A DNA stretch of 64,000 nucleotides from Ostrea edulis (lineage: Eukaryota): positions 73,966,001-74,030,000 of the forward strand of contig NC_079168.1 of NCBI RefSeq assembly GCF_947568905.1. Direction: 5' to 3'. The stretch's first letter is position 1. Each line of letters begins with the position of its first letter. Below, one piece after another: positions 60,641 to 64,000 of the stretch. The position numbers and the translations under genes were made by a program. The notes under the pieces were generated by a model. That model worked only from the letters and a program-made list of their open reading frames with translations, did no database searches and had not been told where the DNA came from.

Positions 60641-62827
60641 TTAAGTCCACACATCCTCCAAGTACCTCCTATCAAGCCTCAGTTTGGTAACATGAGACTT
60701 GGCTTGACTCTCACTCATTCCTTTCTTTTCCTTCAGAATTGTCATAAAAGTCTGATTCACATCTTTGGACATATTCTTGGCATCACCACAGACATATATT
60801 ACAGCTTCTTGATTCTCAATCAAATCAAGTAATAACTCGGCATTCTTCAGAAGATTATCTTGTACATATTTGGGTTCATCTGCAGACTTGTTTTCTCGAG
60901 AAAAGGAAACAAAGAGCTTTGTCAAAATTTCTATCTCTTGTAACCTCATAAGCTCCTCCCTAAATAAATAGTCTTGTGATTGGTTTCTGCAACCAAAGAA
61001 AAGGAATGTTTCTCCGAACACTTGATCAGCATATTCAGGGCAGGTCTTCTGCATTTCTCTGTGTTGTAAGAAGCCAACAAAAGGAGCAACTCCTGTACCT
61101 GGTCCAACCATAATGAGCGGCACAGACACATCACTGGGTAAGCGGAAGAACTGACTGGGCCTGGCTGAGACCTGCAATTGGCATATTTTCTCACCTTTTT
61201 TTGGATCTTCACATTTTTGTCTGCTTTGAATATCTACTGTCAATTTATCCAGCATACCAGTGCATACCCCTTGCCTTGAAAAACTTCTTCCGTCACCCTC
61301 TGGAATATTTATCACATTGAACACAATGTCTAACTGGTTTGGTGTTTTAAGTGGTGAACTGCAAGCCGAGTAAGGCCTTGGTTGTAATTTTGGAAGCGAT
61401 TCTAGCAGTCTTTCAACAGTGGGCTGACAGGAGGGAAATGCCTGAAGGAGATCTAGTATACTTATCTCAGGATTCCTTATAAAGCTGGTGTAGTCTGCCA
61501 TGCCTTGTTTGCTGCACAGTTCTTGAAGTCTTCTTTTCTCTTGGGGATTTGTGGTTTCTTTTACAAGCTGTCGTATCACAGATTTTTTGGGAGGTGCCCT
61601 TATGTCTATGTAATGAGTAAATAAGTTCCTGAGTGTAGAGACATTGGGCAGATGAAGTGGGATAACTGCTTTCGCTTTCTTGGTGTCTTTCATCAGCTCA
61701 ATCTCACAAACGCAGTCAGCAGTATCCAGAACATTTAGTCTCTTCAACAGCATTTCAACTTCTTTTGCATCATTCTGGCAATACACTGACACAGAGTCTC
61801 CTGGTTGGTAACTCATCTCATTTTCTAATTCAAGCCTCAGTTTTAGAGATTTTTTAAGTGCATCTTCTGAAGTTAGAATATCTGCACTGATTACTGTGGC
61901 CCTGGAAATGGCTGTTGCAGCAGTTTTATCAAAAGGGAAAGAGGTGCCTCCCACATTTTCCTCGGAATTGAATTTTAGAGCAAGGTAAGCTGGCGTAAGT
62001 AAAGGTACTGTTACAGCTGCATCACAAAGAGGTTGCACTGATTTGATGAGTGATGGTTCCTGCGTGTTTGCTAGTGAAATACCCTCAATCTTTCTTTCTA
62101 GAGAATCTTCTGATCCATTATCTAATATTTTCCTATCAATTTCTGAAGAAGGAGTATCATGTCCATTATAGTCATCTCGTTCCTCCTTGGAATGCCCATT
62201 GGTTGATGGATGGCAATTTGTTATTGTGGTACCATTAAGTTCAGTTTTGTCACGTTTACAATCTAAATTGTCCACGGGATTGCTTGTATCTTCTTTCATT
62301 GAACAGGTAGCTTCTTTACAGCATAGATCGGATTTGTTCGGTAAGTCAGGTGACAGGAAGTTAAGCAGTGCTGGGAAAAGTCCCTCTATCCAAGGCTCTA
62401 CAGCTAATTCCAGACCCACAGCATCATCAGCCCAGCCTGAGGGATAGAACCGTTTGGCTCCCAATTCCTCCAATCGCCTGTCCAGAGTCTTCCCCGCATT
62501 ACAGAAATTTGTGTAGTTAGAGTCTCCCAGCCCTAACAGAGCATAATTTAAATGAGACAGATGATCACTGGGAAGGGTTCTCTTCTTCAGTCTTCTGAAA
62601 AATTTAAGAGCTGTTTCTGGTGGTTCTCCATCTCCTGTTGTGGACGTGACAATCACAACACAAGTTTCGTTCTCAAGTGTGAATTTCTTCTCAGCTTGAC
62701 TGAGACAATGTCTTTCACAATCCAGTCCATGCACGACCGAGTTATCTCGTATCTCATCAGTAATGGCTTCAGCCTGCCCAGTCTGGGATCCATATAAAAG
62801 TAAGAATCGGTTTTTCTTCTCAGGCAT
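60641..62827 (-). CDS. MTRR: Methionine synthase reductase (diflavin FMN/FAD/NADPH oxidoreductase), 728 aa, single coding exon
   Basis: LLLYGSQTGQAEAI, TTGDGEPP, LGLGDSNYTNFC, DDAVGLE (FMN); long low-conservation linker; RPYS, GVCTG (FAD); GPGTGVAPF, FGCR, YVCGDAKNM, YLEDVWT (NADPH). No membrane anchor or heme domain, so not CPR or NOS. Acceptor CTTTTACTAG ends 62846. Confidence 0.93.
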   Translation of the reverse strand: MPEKKNRFLLLYGSQTGQAEAITDEIRDNSVVHGLDCERHCLSQAEKKFTLENETCVVIVTSTTGDGEPPETALKFFRRLKKRTLPSDHLSHLNYALLGLGDSNYTNFCNAGKTLDRRLEELGAKRFYPSGWADDAVGLELAVEPWIEGLFPALLNFLSPDLPNKSDLCCKEATCSMKEDTSNPVDNLDCKRDKTELNGTTITNCHPSTNGHSKEERDDYNGHDTPSSEIDRKILDNGSEDSLERKIEGISLANTQEPSLIKSVQPLCDAAVTVPLLTPAYLALKFNSEENVGGTSFPFDKTAATAISRATVISADILTSEDALKKSLKLRLELENEMSYQPGDSVSVYCQNDAKEVEMLLKRLNVLDTADCVCEIELMKDTKKAKAVIPLHLPNVSTLRNLFTHYIDIRAPPKKSVIRQLVKETTNPQEKRRLQELCSKQGMADYTSFIRNPEISILDLLQAFPSCQPTVERLLESLPKLQPRPYSACSSPLKTPNQLDIVFNVINIPEGDGRSFSRQGVCTGMLDKLTVDIQSRQKCEDPKKGEKICQLQVSARPSQFFRLPSDVSVPLIMVGPGTGVAPFVGFLQHREMQKTCPEYADQVFGETFLFFGCRNQSQDYLFREELMRLQEIEILTKLFVSFSRENKSADEPKYVQDNLLKNAELLLDLIENQEAVIYVCGDAKNMSKDVNQTFMTILKEKKGMSESQAKSHVTKLRLDRRYLEDVWT

Positions 62828-62903
62828 TCTTCAATGTTTTGATTCCTAGTAAAAGAACAAAAATCTTATTACTCAGTGAATAATTATAGCATATATATCT
62901 TAA

Positions 62904-63416
62904 AGGGACTGGTTCACGATTTTTGATAAAAATATTTTCATTTTTGATGGTAAACATTAAAAAGATAACTCATTTAATATTGACAGCCAAATTTTGACCT
63001 TCTGAATGCAAGAATAAAAGCAATATTTTAGCCTTCAATCTGTGTTATGTAAACAAAGACTCGAGTCTTTTTATGTATACAAACAAACAAGAGGAATATT
63101 GATTTTGTAATATAAAGCATCTTAATTTTGCATAGTCACAAATTTTAACTTTTAGATGACACATTTACCCCAAAAATGCTTGAAATGTGAAAGGTATAAT
63201 AAACTTAGATCAATATCCATTTCTTTTGAAAATTTCGTAAACAATAACATACCGCAATCTTTGTTTACAAAACAAATAATAAGCTCTCTAAAATGAGCTT
63301 CTATGATAATGTATAACCTTAATTTTTATGTGAACTCTTTTAAACACATTAAACAATATATTTTGATCATTAAAAGTGAAAAAGAAAATTTTGGGGAAAA
63401 TCGTGAATCAGTCCCT
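62904..63416. mobile_element. 513-bp Kolobok-like MITE (TTAA TSD) in the MTRR 5'-UTR intron
   Basis: TTAA|AGGGACTGGTTCACGATTTT...AAAATCGTGAATCAGTCCCT|TTAA, 19/20 TIR. Confidence 0.85.
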
Positions 63417-63754
63417 TTAAAGATATTTTAAAATGTTTAATAAATTGATTGTGTTTTGAATAAAAGATTGTGTTTAATTACTGATACTAGTATGTGTAAC
63501 CTTACAAATACAATATGTATGAAGTATATAGTGACACACAATTCAATGATTGACAATAAGCAGAAATCACAGGTATTAGAATTGTAAACAATATACTTAA
63601 CCTATACGCACCCCATACAAAAATGTAGAATTTTGTTGCACATTGTCAACTGAAACCTAAATGACTGCCTTACTGTATGAGGCCTACCTGATATGTAGCT
63701 TAAAAAGGGGCGAGATCAAAAGATTGATGCTGGATAAGAATCTAAATTCAAGTA

Positions 63755-64000
63755 GTTAGGGGGAAGGGTGGTGTAAAAACTCCCATAAGTCTCTGTTAGG
63801 GGTGGGTGGGGTGTAAAAACTCCCATAAGTCTCTGTTATCCGACATCGATTACACTTTAGTTATAATGATAGTTAGGGGGAGGGGTGGTGTAAAAACTCC
63901 CATAAGTCTCTGTTGTTCGACATCGATTACACTTTAGTTATAATGATAGTTAGGGGGAGGGGTTGTGTAAAAACTCCCATAAGTCTCTGTTGTTCGACAT
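63755..64000. repeat. 77-bp tandem repeat running off the window end
   Basis: gttagggggaggggtggtgtaaaaactcccataagtctctgtt...tataatgata at 63872 and 63949; truncated units before. Confidence 0.9.

Overview
AT-rich eukaryotic DNA. The repeat families (Helentron/HINE ~166-bp satellite, Penelope-like ends, SINEs) point to an oyster-like bivalve; this is inferred, not proven. Host genes: first coding exon of an atypical Rho-family GTPase (-), three tandem single-coding-exon class A GPCR paralogues (+), MED6 with 7 internal/terminal exons reconstructed by hand plus a candidate first exon (-), and an MTRR whose whole CDS is one exon (-). The rest is largely mobile DNA. An 11.4-kb Ty3/Gypsy element (170-bp LTRs, CAATT TSD) hosts four later insertions: a full-length L1/Tx1 LINE, a truncated inverted L1/Tx1 copy, a Penelope-like end fragment and a ~400-bp hammerhead-ribozyme-bearing repeat (345-nt monomer, retrozyme/PLE-terminal-repeat-like) at the LTR/primer-binding-site junction. 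The last is the most notable element. Other highlights: a strong excess of TACATGTA with two sites where flanking repeats show TA was converted by a transposon-excision-type footprint; short tandem duplications in MED6 that copy a splice donor and the C-terminus; a TCACGTGA (E-box) array upstream of the third GPCR; several MITEs with readable TIRs/TSDs. All coordinates were read by hand; those marked approx may be off by some bases. No database searches were run.
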